From Rhodocyclaceae bacterium (GTDB lineage: Bacteria; Pseudomonadota; Gammaproteobacteria; Burkholderiales; Usitatibacteraceae), in contig JADCIX010000019.1 in NCBI GenBank assembly GCA_020247545.1, forward strand, positions 50,017 through 82,016: a DNA stretch of 32,000 bases, read 5' to 3'. This document shows positions 16,456-25,240 of this stretch, piece by piece. The notes beneath the pieces were generated by a model. That model worked only from the letters and a program-made list of their open reading frames with translations, did not search any database and was not told where the DNA came from. Each line of letters starts with the position of its first letter. Position 1 is the first letter of the stretch. The position numbers and the translations under genes were made by a program.

Positions 16456-17271
16456 TTACTTCTTAATGTACTCTTGCACGGTCTCCCAAGCGCTGGTTTG
16501 CAGCAGGGCTACTGTCTCGGCAGGCAAGCCTGCTGTGTACTTTAGACCGACGGGAGACTTGCCATATAGCACGGCGTAAACCGTGCACGCGGCGAGGTAG
16601 GTCCCGGCCAGACTCGGGTGACGTTTATCCGGTTCGTAAAGCTCAAGGTCGGCACGTTTGCTGATGGCGCGTGCAAATGCCAGACCCGCAGGCACGACCA
16701 AGGCGTCGTTGGCGTTTGCTGCAATGGTGTATTGCTCGGCAAGCGCAATCGTCATCTCAGGCTTGTCTTTGTAGGCCCAGGACATGAATAACACAGGCTT
16801 CACACCGGCCTTGTTAAGCGCTGCTGCATACCTCTTGACCGTGTCGTGGAACACCTTCTGCAACTCGGGATGCACCGGGCACTGACTACAATCCATCATC
16901 ATCGCAACATCGTACTGGCGACCCGGCGGATTGAAGCGAATCTCGTTTTCACCAACAAAGCTGTAACGACCCAACCCGTTCGGGCGGAGCAGAGAATCTA
17001 TATCGTGCCAATCAAGCCCCGCGCCACTAATCGTGACCGAGGTGCTGCGTGCTCGACCCCCTCCTGCGCGCACCAACTGGCCGAAATGATTGTGCATGCT
17101 GTTGTTGTAATAGTAAAAACTATTGCCGATCCACAAAATCGATTCCGCGCTGCCGCCGACCTCGGTACGCGTGGGCTTGGTTTGTGCAATCGCTGCGCCG
17201 CCGAAAACCACCGCCGCCAGTAAGAACATAGTGCGAAGCCATTGCCGCGCCAAAGCTGTATTGATCTTCAT
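16456..17271 (-). CDS. Secreted SGNH-like hydrolase-fold protein
   Basis: Signal peptide (MKINTALARQWLRTMFLLAAVVFGGAAIAQ). Block-I-like ILWIGNSF and block-V-like PDKRHPS. SD GGGAGA lies upstream of ATG 17271. Confidence 0.65.
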   Translation of the reverse strand: MKINTALARQWLRTMFLLAAVVFGGAAIAQTKPTRTEVGGSAESILWIGNSFYYYNNSMHNHFGQLVRAGGGRARSTSVTISGAGLDWHDIDSLLRPNGLGRYSFVGENEIRFNPPGRQYDVAMMMDCSQCPVHPELQKVFHDTVKRYAAALNKAGVKPVLFMSWAYKDKPEMTIALAEQYTIAANANDALVVPAGLAFARAISKRADLELYEPDKRHPSLAGTYLAACTVYAVLYGKSPVGLKYTAGLPAETVALLQTSAWETVQEYIKK

Positions 17272-17428
17272 GTTGTCTCCCTGTTTGAATGCCGATTGCA
17301 GTCTCGACGAGTGAATCATTCTGACATGCTCCCACTACCTGTGATCGCCTTGCCTCCTACTGACGGCCAACGGTAACATCGACGAAGTACGGCACCCGAA
17401 CTCAAAAACAACGGCACTTAGGGAAAAC

Positions 17429-17815
17429 GTGAAAATCTAACTCGCCGTGGCGTGTGCCGCCACCCTTTTCATTGGCTCCAACGCTTATGCCGCATACAAG
17501 TGTGTGGTAGGCGGCACGACTGCCTACTAAGAACGCCCATGTGATGATGGCCTCAAGAAAAAGGGCGGCGAAACCGTCGTTGCGGCACCCCCCAAGCGCA
17601 CTGATCTGATCAACCCGACGGTGGTGAGCAAACAAGAAAACGCCAAGCGCAGCGCGAACGTCAAGACTGAATACGAACCATTCGCCCGCAGTCCCTTTGC
17701 CGCCTGCACAGAGTGGCGGACGATGGATTACCGCGACATGACCTGCCTGCGTACGCGGCAGATGCTTTCCAAACCACAGGGACAGGCGATGGCGAACAAC
17801 GACGGCAAGGCCTGA
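17429..17815 (+). pseudogene. DUF4124-like secreted protein gene disrupted by two in-frame TAA codons
   Basis: A single frame runs from GTG 17429 (AGGGA upstream) and reads MKI*LAVACAATLFIGSNAYA AYKCVVGGTTAY*ERPCDDG... through to TGA at 17813-17815. The stops are at 17438-17440 and 17528-17530. A signal peptide followed by YKCV..G...Y(Q)ERPC is the DUF4124 hallmark. Confidence 0.6.
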
Positions 17816-17866
17816 GCGGCGCGACAAGTACGTTTAGCTGAGCTAGAGCCACTGAGCACGCCGCTA

Positions 17867-18082
17867 ATGCTTACGTTCAAGGCGAGTGAGCAACTCGACC
17901 CGAAAAAAACCTGGCACAAGACGCCCCAGCAGCTGTTTATCAACATCACCCTCGAAATCGAGGACGACAAGCCCTGCGTGTATGGGTTCAGTGAGTGGTC
18001 GCGCGATATTCGCTTGGCACATTTTCCCGCGTTGGCGCGCCTTTGTGACACCACCTTGGCAATCGTCGCTCGCGCTTCATGA
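17867..18082 (+). CDS. Hypothetical 71-aa protein
   Basis: The ATG ORF has high third-position GC by my count (about 51 of 71 codons end in G/C). The antisense frame shows only about half. No SD and no recognisable family. Confidence 0.3.
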   Translation: MLTFKASEQLDPKKTWHKTPQQLFINITLEIEDDKPCVYGFSEWSRDIRLAHFPALARLCDTTLAIVARAS

Positions 18083-18344
18083 TGACCTTACGCGCAGCAA
18101 CATAGGTAGCTTCGCCGATATCTGCACTCCTTTATAGGCTCGGCGTTGCTGATCACTGCGGTGCCATCTTCGATATAAAGCATGTCGGCGACTCCCGCTT
18201 GCGGAAAACCCGGCTCAAACATAACCAGTACGCTGCCGCACATTTCTATTAAGGCACTGGAACCAACAGTGAGACTAAGTGTCTCCTCTAGGCTGCAAAA
18301 ATGCCTATTGGTTAATGTCAGACCGAACTTACCGTAGAGGAACA

Positions 18345-19076
18345 ATGAAGAACATCATTTGGATTGTGTTTGTCGTACTTGCGCTGATTTGGACGGCGCT
18401 TGCTTGGGCGGCATCGGGGCTAGCCGGTTGGACATCGGATGCGATTGCGTCAGGTCGTATGGCAAAGGCAACGCAGCAAGTCGCGCAGACCACAGAAACG
18501 GTCACACGCTCGGTCTCCACAACCTTAACCGACGCCTCTGGGCAGCTAACGGAAAAGATCGCCACCACCGTCACGCAACCAGTTGGCGCAGCTGCGGCGG
18601 GCATGGCAGCAGGTGTGGCAGGGGGGGTGGCAGCAAACGTTGCTGCCATTCCACCACTGCCAGATTGGGTGAATCAATGGTTATCTCCAGAGCTCGCGCA
18701 ATCAATCAAACAATGGGCCGCGCAGGTGCAGGCAGCCGCAGTGGCAAGCGGCACCTATGTTGCAGACGCTGCCAAGACTTCAGCGAGTACTGCTCCACAA
18801 ATTGCGGCACAAGCCGCAGCGCAGATGTCCACAACCGCGAGTGAGGTGATCGCCCAAGCCGCACAGGCCACGCAGGCAGCACAGGCCACTTTTAATCAAA
18901 CGGCGGCTTCCTCGGTCAACGCAACAGCGGCAGCCGTCGCCCCTTGGATCGCCAGCGCCGCCAGTTGGCTGGTGGTGATCGTATGGATCATCTGGGGCAT
19001 TGGCATGTTTGTCGGTTTGGTCGCCACCCTGATTGGACAATGGCTGCTTGGCCGGTTTGTTGGCAAAGCTGCCTAA
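18345..19076 (+). CDS. Ala/Thr/Gln-rich membrane protein with terminal TM helices
   Basis: ATG 18345 with GAGGA upstream. N-terminal TM segment IIWIVFVVLALIWTALAWAA. Long low-complexity middle (..AAQAAAQMSTTASEVIAQAAQATQAAQATF..). C-terminal TM segment WLVVIVWIIWGIGMFVGLVATLIG. Confidence 0.65.
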   Translation: MKNIIWIVFVVLALIWTALAWAASGLAGWTSDAIASGRMAKATQQVAQTTETVTRSVSTTLTDASGQLTEKIATTVTQPVGAAAAGMAAGVAGGVAANVAAIPPLPDWVNQWLSPELAQSIKQWAAQVQAAAVASGTYVADAAKTSASTAPQIAAQAAAQMSTTASEVIAQAAQATQAAQATFNQTAASSVNATAAAVAPWIASAASWLVVIVWIIWGIGMFVGLVATLIGQWLLGRFVGKAA

Positions 19077-19174
19077 CTCTTGCTCGCTGACTGCCGCCAC
19101 AAGCACAGCAGCGAACGCTGCGCCTAGCGTCGCAGGGCGTGACTTTCACACCGGGCCTCCGGTGCTTCAGCTAC

Positions 19175-20371
19175 CTATTTCTGCTCCGCATCTAGCATCG
19201 CCTTAATGCGATCAATGAAGACGTTACGCGGTACCGATAAATCCGTACCCGTCGCACGTGGCCAAGCGCTGTTCATCACAATCACGAGTTTGCGATTACG
19301 GTCAATGTGAATGAGCTGCCCGTGAATGCCCACCGCATCAAAGGTGCCGTCATCGCGCGTCCACCACTGATAACCATAACCGCGACCGGGCGCGCCGATA
19401 TCTGCTTGCTTCTTGGTTGCAGCCTCCAGATATCCTTCCGGGACAATCGATTTTCCCGCTACACGCGCACCTTCCAAGACGAACTGACCGATACGGCCGA
19501 AATCGCGTGTGGTGGCTTGTAGGCAGCAGCCACCGACTTCTGCATCCGTTACGTCAAGCGACCAATTCGCATCTTGTTCCATGCCAAAAGGCGACCAGAT
19601 TTTTTCTGAGGCATAAACGGCGAGCGGCTTTTGAGTGGCCTCTCGCACCAGAATGCCAAGCAAGTTGGTCTCGCCGGTGTTATACAGCCACTTGTTGTTA
19701 GCGGTTGTATTTCGTTTTACGGTGCGCATGTAGCTGGTGGTCGCATCAAGCCCATCGCTGGGCGGGGTACGAAACAGCTTATACACGTCTGCGTTGGGAT
19801 TGCTGTAGTCCTCATTCCACGCAACACCTGTGGTCATCGTCAGCAATTGCCGCACGGTGACACCATCGTAGCCGCTAGCGCGCAAGCCCTTGATGTATTG
19901 CGTGATCGGATCATCGAGGCTTTTGATGAAGCCATCCTTCACCGCTGCACCCACCAATAGACTGGTGACTGACTTTGCCACCGAGAACGATGTCCAGCGG
20001 CTTTCTGCCGTGTGACCAAGTGCGTAACGTTCGAGACGAATCTTGCCGTCTTGTAGCACCAAGAGCCCTGCGAGTTGGTAGTCTTTCGTAAATGCCGCTA
20101 GCTGCTTGGTAGCTTCACCTTCCTCTGCCAAGGCGGCAACCGGTGGGCCCACAGGCAGCATACGAACCACATTGCCTTTGCGAACCGGCCGCGCGTTGGC
20201 ACGCAGGTCCCAATTGCGGAATCCCCATTCGCGTTCTGCTTGGCTCCATTGCGGCAGGGGTTTTGCAAACAACGCCGGCGACGGTTCGCTCGGCTGCGGT
20301 TGGGTTTGAGTTTGCGCAGGCACCAACGCGCAAACCAAAAACATACTGATGCCAAAGCCAACAGCTTTCAT
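19175..20371 (-). CDS. Secreted serine hydrolase, beta-lactamase/transpeptidase-like (class C-like)
   Basis: Signal peptide, SxxK motif in TSFSVAKSVTS, and a length of about 400 aa. Confidence 0.8.
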   Translation of the reverse strand: MKAVGFGISMFLVCALVPAQTQTQPQPSEPSPALFAKPLPQWSQAEREWGFRNWDLRANARPVRKGNVVRMLPVGPPVAALAEEGEATKQLAAFTKDYQLAGLLVLQDGKIRLERYALGHTAESRWTSFSVAKSVTSLLVGAAVKDGFIKSLDDPITQYIKGLRASGYDGVTVRQLLTMTTGVAWNEDYSNPNADVYKLFRTPPSDGLDATTSYMRTVKRNTTANNKWLYNTGETNLLGILVREATQKPLAVYASEKIWSPFGMEQDANWSLDVTDAEVGGCCLQATTRDFGRIGQFVLEGARVAGKSIVPEGYLEAATKKQADIGAPGRGYGYQWWTRDDGTFDAVGIHGQLIHIDRNRKLVIVMNSAWPRATGTDLSVPRNVFIDRIKAMLDAEQK

Positions 20372-20510
20372 TTTGTCCTCCGCACAACGGCGCGCAAATT
20401 CTGCGGCAATTCTAGTTGAATCGCGCTTGTACGCCGCAACTTCGTGCGCCTAGCACCATGCTGCGCGTTCATTGGCGCAACTCGTAAGGGTCAAAACAAT
20501 CATAAACACG

Positions 20511-20532
20511 GGCAATTTCAGGCGAAAATGCC
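20511..20532 (-). terminator. Hairpin after ptxD (candidate terminator; looks like a short-loop relative of the 40-nt element)
   Basis: Minus strand reads GGCATTTT-CGCCTG-AAATTGCC followed by cgtgtttatgattgtttt. It lies 30 nt after the ptxD stop. Confidence 0.45.
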
Positions 20533-20561
20533 TCAAACTACCTGTGTCTATTAGCGCGAAA

Positions 20562-21569
20562 TCATGCCGCGTTTTTCTCGCGGAGATACTGCTGCGCATC
20601 CGGACGATTGATCGGATCCGTCGGTACGCCCCCTTGCAGAACGGCGATGATGTTGTCCGCCGCACGGTGCTCGATCGCTAATCTCACATTACGCACCGCT
20701 GAGCCGAGGTGCGGCGTAAACACGGTGTTGGGGTGCGCCAGTAACCGCGCATCTATTCTCTCCGGGCGGCCCGGCAACGACCAGTCCTCACACGCAAATA
20801 CATCTGCCGCGTAGCCCCCCAGTCGGCCTGCGTCGAGCGCCTGCAAAAGTGCCGTCTCATCCACGACAGAGCCGCGTCCTACATTAATCAATAGCTGTCC
20901 GGTCTTAGCGGCGGCGATCTGCGGCGCACCGATCAGGCTAAGTGAATCAGCCGTCAGTGGCACGGCAACGAAGACAAAATCGGCGCGCGCCATGGCTTCT
21001 GCGAGTGAACACGGTGTGACGTTGGCATGTTGCCCGTGTGGGTCAACACCGAGAATGTGCGCGCATCCAAATCCGCCGAGTTGATCCGCAATCGCGCATC
21101 CCACCTGTCCAAGGCCGATGATGGCGATGGTTGAGCCGCGCAAGCCGGTACCAAAGTAATGCGAGCGCCAACCGACAAATTTGCCGGAGCGCACATACGC
21201 GTCACCCTGACGCAGGTGGCGGCCGAGTGCGATGGCGAGGCCAATCGCAAGCTCTGCGGTGGGCTCAGTTAGCAAGTCCGGAACAATAGTCAACCAGACA
21301 CCGGCCGACGTACACGCCTCGACGTCATAACTATCGAACCCTTTGAGCGCAGCGGCGACAATTTGCAAATGCGGCGCGCCAGCGGTTGTTTCGGCGTCCA
21401 CGCAATCGGTCATAAAACCCATCATGGCGGTGGCATCAGCCAAGTGCGACATGAGCTCGTTGCGCGTCCAAGGTGTATTGGATGAATTCATCACCACTTC
21501 ACCGATCTGCGCGAGGCGATCCCTCACCTCCGTGTGTATCGGGTTGGTCACAACAATTTTGTGTGTCAA
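20562..21569 (-). CDS. ptxD: NAD-dependent phosphite (phosphonate) dehydrogenase
   Basis: Colinear with Pseudomonas stutzeri PtxD as I recall it: AALKGFDSYDVEACTSAGVWLTIVPDLLTEPTAELAIGLAIALGRHLRQGDAYVRSGKF, GYAADVF.EDW, LLAHPNTVFTPHLGSAV. GxGxxG in IIGLGQVG. TTG start. Sits directly after ptxABC-type transporter genes. Confidence 0.85.
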   Translation of the reverse strand: MTHKIVVTNPIHTEVRDRLAQIGEVVMNSSNTPWTRNELMSHLADATAMMGFMTDCVDAETTAGAPHLQIVAAALKGFDSYDVEACTSAGVWLTIVPDLLTEPTAELAIGLAIALGRHLRQGDAYVRSGKFVGWRSHYFGTGLRGSTIAIIGLGQVGCAIADQLGGFGCAHILGVDPHGQHANVTPCSLAEAMARADFVFVAVPLTADSLSLIGAPQIAAAKTGQLLINVGRGSVVDETALLQALDAGRLGGYAADVFACEDWSLPGRPERIDARLLAHPNTVFTPHLGSAVRNVRLAIEHRAADNIIAVLQGGVPTDPINRPDAQQYLREKNAA

Positions 21570-21595
21570 TTTCTTTCCAGTTTCAGTTGCTTGCG

Positions 21596-22402
21596 TTATT
21601 TGAGTTGTTTGCGCAACGTCGCGCCGATGGCATCGACCACCACGACGCAGGCGAGGATGGTCAGCAAGATTGCCGAGACTTCGTCGTACTTGATCAACCG
21701 AAGTGCCGCCATCAATTCAAAGCCGATTCCGCCTGCGCCGACGATGCCCAGTACGGTTGAGGCGCGAAAGTGATATTCCCAGCGGTAGATGGTGATGTCT
21801 GCGAGCTGGGGAAGCACTTGCGGCAACACCGCGTGGGAAATGACTTGGAACCGGCTGCCGCCCGCAGCCACGGCGGCTTCAAGTGGTTTGGGGTCCACGT
21901 GTTCAATGGCTTCGGCATAGAACTTCGCCACCATACCCACAGAATGTAGCGCCAGCGCCAGAACCCCCGGCAACGCGCCGAAACCGACGGCCGCCACAAA
22001 CAGGATGCCGAGAATAATTTCAGGAACACATCGAAACGCGGCGAGCACAATCCGCGACACCCGGTACAGGACCGGATGCGGCGTGGTATTGGGTGCGGCC
22101 AAAAGTGACAGCGGCCACGAGATCAACACCGCAAGCGCCGTACCAGCGATCGACATGGCAAGCGTGTCGAGCAATGGGCGGAGCCAGTTTCTCCAGCGTT
22201 CAAAGTTGGGCGGCATCATTTCGGAGGCGAGCTGCCAAATGGCGGGCGCGCCCTCGACAAATCGAGTGGCGTCAAAGAAGCCGCTAATCCACAGCGCCGC
22301 GACGCATACCGCGATGATCACCGACACCAGTCGAAGTTGACGCCAGCGCTGCTTCTGGTCTTGCGCGAGGATCTCGCCAAACTGTGCCGGTTGGCTGTTC
22401 AT
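21596..22402 (-). CDS. ptxC: Phosphite/phosphonate ABC transporter permease (PhnE family)
   Basis: Multi-TM PhnE-like sequence. The start ATG overlaps the ptxB stop (TAATG). Confidence 0.85.
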   Translation of the reverse strand: MNSQPAQFGEILAQDQKQRWRQLRLVSVIIAVCVAALWISGFFDATRFVEGAPAIWQLASEMMPPNFERWRNWLRPLLDTLAMSIAGTALAVLISWPLSLLAAPNTTPHPVLYRVSRIVLAAFRCVPEIILGILFVAAVGFGALPGVLALALHSVGMVAKFYAEAIEHVDPKPLEAAVAAGGSRFQVISHAVLPQVLPQLADITIYRWEYHFRASTVLGIVGAGGIGFELMAALRLIKYDEVSAILLTILACVVVVDAIGATLRKQLK

Positions 22403-23277
22403 TACTTCATCTTTGCCAAGTCGAGCTTCAACACTTTTGCGGTGTCACGAAGAACGTCGTAGGCTTTGTCATCGGTGGCAGCAAATGACTCAACGCGGAA
22501 GGCCTTCAATACCTCTTTATCTTTCATGTCCAAAAATGCCGACCGGATCGCCTGCTTGAGCGCCGGGGCCAAGTTGCCCTGCATCACAATCGGATAGTTC
22601 GGGATCTCAGGCGAGAGATCGAGTTGCACCACCTTGGTGGCGTCGATAGTGCCGCGAGTGACCAGGTTGTCAAAGATCGGCTTGGAGAGTGCGCCGGCCG
22701 GAACTTGTCCCGCCTGTACGGCGCGCGCAACCGCGTCGTGTGTACCCAGATGAACAGGTTTGTAATCTTTATCTCCGTCGAGACCGGCCTTATTCAGCAG
22801 GTGGGCGCGCGGCGCGAGATGGCTTGAAGTAGATGCTTGATCGCCAAAGCCGAACGGCTTGCTGCGCACGTCGGCCAACGTCTTCACTGGGCCGTTTGCG
22901 GTGGCGATCAAAATCGAATTGTAAAACGGTGCACCGCGCTCGACACCAACTGCAAACGGCTCGATCTCAGGAGCGCGCGATTTGGCGAGCACATACGAGA
23001 ACGGGCCGAAGTAGGCGACTTCGATACGACCAAAGCGCATCGCTTCGATCATTGACGAGTAGTCGGTGGTCACAACCAGCTCAATCTCTTTTTTCAGCGT
23101 CTTTTCCAAATACGCTTTCAGTGGCTGCGCATTTTGGATGAGCGTGCTGGCATTTTCATCCGGTAAAAGTGCCACCCGGAGTTTTGCCGGATCGCGCGAT
23201 TGTGCAGCGGCCGACAAACTCAACGCCGCAAACAGTGTGGCAAGTCCGAGAACAAAAGTACGACGAAAAATATTCAT
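22402..23277 (-). CDS. ptxB: Phosphite/phosphonate ABC transporter periplasmic binding protein (PhnD family)
   Basis: Signal peptide and PhnD-like motifs (LRVALLPDEN, EVAYFGPFSYV, GDQASTSSHL). SD AGGAGA upstream. Confidence 0.85.
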   Translation of the reverse strand: MNIFRRTFVLGLATLFAALSLSAAAQSRDPAKLRVALLPDENASTLIQNAQPLKAYLEKTLKKEIELVVTTDYSSMIEAMRFGRIEVAYFGPFSYVLAKSRAPEIEPFAVGVERGAPFYNSILIATANGPVKTLADVRSKPFGFGDQASTSSHLAPRAHLLNKAGLDGDKDYKPVHLGTHDAVARAVQAGQVPAGALSKPIFDNLVTRGTIDATKVVQLDLSPEIPNYPIVMQGNLAPALKQAIRSAFLDMKDKEVLKAFRVESFAATDDKAYDVLRDTAKVLKLDLAKMK

Positions 23278-23291
23278 GATGTCTCCTGAAA

Positions 23292-24185
23292 TTAGGCGGT
23301 GGAAAATTCGTTTGATAGTGTTGCGGCTGCCGGTACCGGGCTTGTATCTGGCGTATCTGGCGCTTCATCAACCATGGTAGGCACGGATTCATAAATTTGT
23401 TGCACCTCTGTCGGCGTAAGCGCGCTTGGCACTCCGTCGAACACCACCCGCCCGCCGTGCAACCCGACGATGCGGTCGGCAAACTGCTTGGCAAATTCAA
23501 CTTGATGGAGACTGATGACAGCGGTGAGTCCGTCTGATTTGCACACATCTCGCAATAGACTTAGCAGCCGCTCTGCAGTTGCTGGATCGAGGCTCGCCAC
23601 TGGCTCATCAGCGAGCAACAAGGTGGGCTCTTGTACAAGTGCGCGTGCAACACCAACACGCTGCTGTTGTCCGCCTGAGAGTTGGTCTGCGCGGTGCAGC
23701 GCACGATCCAGTAGACCCACTCGGTCAAGCGCACGCAGCGCCAAATATTTATCGCCCATCGCCCACGGCAGTAGCGACATTAGACTGCTACGGTAGCCGA
23801 GCCGGCCCATCAGCACGTTGGCAAGTACGGATTGACGGCCAATCAAGTGATGTTGCTGAAACACCATCCCGGTCCGGCGTCGATGCGCACGCAGGCTCGA
23901 TTTTTGGCTGATGTCGCCATGCTCTGCGGACACGATCCGGCCGGCAGTCGGTGTGACTAAACCGTTGAGACAACGTAACAGCGTGGATTTGCCCGCGCCG
24001 GAAGGGCCGAGAAGCACCACAAACTCACCGCCGATAAAAGACAGTGTGGTGGGACGAAGCGCGGCGACACCATTGCCGTACGTCACGGCACAGTCCAGCG
24101 CTCGTAGCACCGGCTCACGCTGGAATGATGGTTGAGAAGGCGAGTGATCGTTCAAGTAAGGCAGCCGGTGAGTTATATCGCCCAA
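23292..24185 (-). CDS. ptxA: Phosphite/phosphonate ABC transporter ATP-binding protein (PhnC family)
   Basis: Walker A GPSGAGKST, signature LSGGQQQRV, Walker B LLLADEP. The track start is a TTG. The GTG at 24108-24110 (MLRALDCAV..) is a plausible shorter start. Confidence 0.85.
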   Translation of the reverse strand: MGDITHRLPYLNDHSPSQPSFQREPVLRALDCAVTYGNGVAALRPTTLSFIGGEFVVLLGPSGAGKSTLLRCLNGLVTPTAGRIVSAEHGDISQKSSLRAHRRRTGMVFQQHHLIGRQSVLANVLMGRLGYRSSLMSLLPWAMGDKYLALRALDRVGLLDRALHRADQLSGGQQQRVGVARALVQEPTLLLADEPVASLDPATAERLLSLLRDVCKSDGLTAVISLHQVEFAKQFADRIVGLHGGRVVFDGVPSALTPTEVQQIYESVPTMVDEAPDTPDTSPVPAAATLSNEFSTA

Positions 24186-24230
24186 ACTTCGGGCATGACC
24201 TCATTCTGAACGCCGCGCATGACAAGCGCG

Positions 24231-24259
24231 TTAATAAAACCGTCACATGAGACGATTAA
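24231..24259. promoter_or_regulatory. Dyad in the ptxA / lysR divergent intergenic region (candidate LysR box)
   Basis: TTAAT-N19-ATTAA with an inner imperfect palindrome GTCACATGAGAC (24242-24253). There is only a 90-nt intergenic space. Confidence 0.25.
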
Positions 24260-24275
24260 CCTATAGACCAAATCT

Positions 24276-25157
24276 ATGGATACCTCTTCCTCCGCTGAGC
24301 TGCGCGCCTTTGACGCCACTATCCGTACCGGCAGCATGTCGGCGGCGGCCAACCTTCTCGGCATTCGCCAACCCACCGTCTCAGCCCATATTGCGAACCT
24401 CGAACGCCAGTTCGGTTCGGACTTGTTTGTGCGCCACGGACGCGGGCTACAGCCGACGGAGATGGCGCGACGTCTTGCCGAAATCACCAGCCGCATCTCC
24501 CGCGCAGAGGACGACGCCGCGCTGCTATTGGCGAGTGTTCGCAGTCACTACGAAGGCGCGCTTCGTGTGTGTGCAATCGGGCCATACAACGTCATGCCCA
24601 TCATTGCAGCGTTCCACACAAAGTACCCGCGCATCCGCATCTCGATGACGCTGGGAGATTCACGCACGGTGGTCCGCGCGGTGACGGAGCATCGGCAAGA
24701 CGTCGGGCTGTTGCTGCACGCAGTCGAAGACCCGGCGGTGCACTGCCTACCCTTCAGGCGGCAGCCGCTGATTGTATTTGCGGAGAAACATCATCCACTC
24801 GCCATCTGCGGCGCGATCAATCTTCATGAACTCGACGGTCAGGAGTTTGTGTTGCGCGAAGAGGGCTCACAAACACGCAAGGTGTTTGAAGCGGGAATGC
24901 GGGAGGCCGGCATCCGGATTCGCACGGCGATCGAAGTCGGGAGTCGCGAATCTGTTCGTGAAGCTGTCGCACAACGGCTGGGGCTTGGTGTCGTGGCAAG
25001 AACCGCGTTTGTGCCCGACCCAAGACTTGTTGCATTAGATATCCGGGGCCTCACACTTGCCACCCATGTCCATCTAATCTGTCTCGCAGAACGAAAGTCT
25101 GACGCACTTGTTGAGCGGTTCTTGCAGACAGCGGAATCCCTCAAACCCGCAGCTTAG
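24276..25157 (+). CDS. LysR family transcriptional regulator, divergent from ptxABCD
   Basis: N-terminal HTH (LRAFDATIRTGSMSAAANLLGIRQPTVSAHIANLE) and a LysR substrate-binding domain. Confidence 0.9.
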   Translation: MDTSSSAELRAFDATIRTGSMSAAANLLGIRQPTVSAHIANLERQFGSDLFVRHGRGLQPTEMARRLAEITSRISRAEDDAALLLASVRSHYEGALRVCAIGPYNVMPIIAAFHTKYPRIRISMTLGDSRTVVRAVTEHRQDVGLLLHAVEDPAVHCLPFRRQPLIVFAEKHHPLAICGAINLHELDGQEFVLREEGSQTRKVFEAGMREAGIRIRTAIEVGSRESVREAVAQRLGLGVVARTAFVPDPRLVALDIRGLTLATHVHLICLAERKSDALVERFLQTAESLKPAA

Positions 25158-25240
25158 CCTGAGCTGGCCGAACATCAGTAAACGCCAGCCCCCAAACTAG
25201 GCGTAGCGGCCACTGCGCCAGCCGTAGCTCCCACAGCCAG

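Noticed and set aside
17402-17827. 141-aa minus ORF
   Set aside because: It is antisense to the DUF4124-like frame, which has recognisable signal peptide and YKC..RPC motifs despite its stops.
18088-18345. 85-aa minus ORF (51 aa from ATG 18243)
   Set aside because: It has a TTG start overlapping the neighbouring gene's start and no SD. Third-position GC is coding-like only in the 3' two thirds, and no family is recognised. I left it unannotated but flagged the region.
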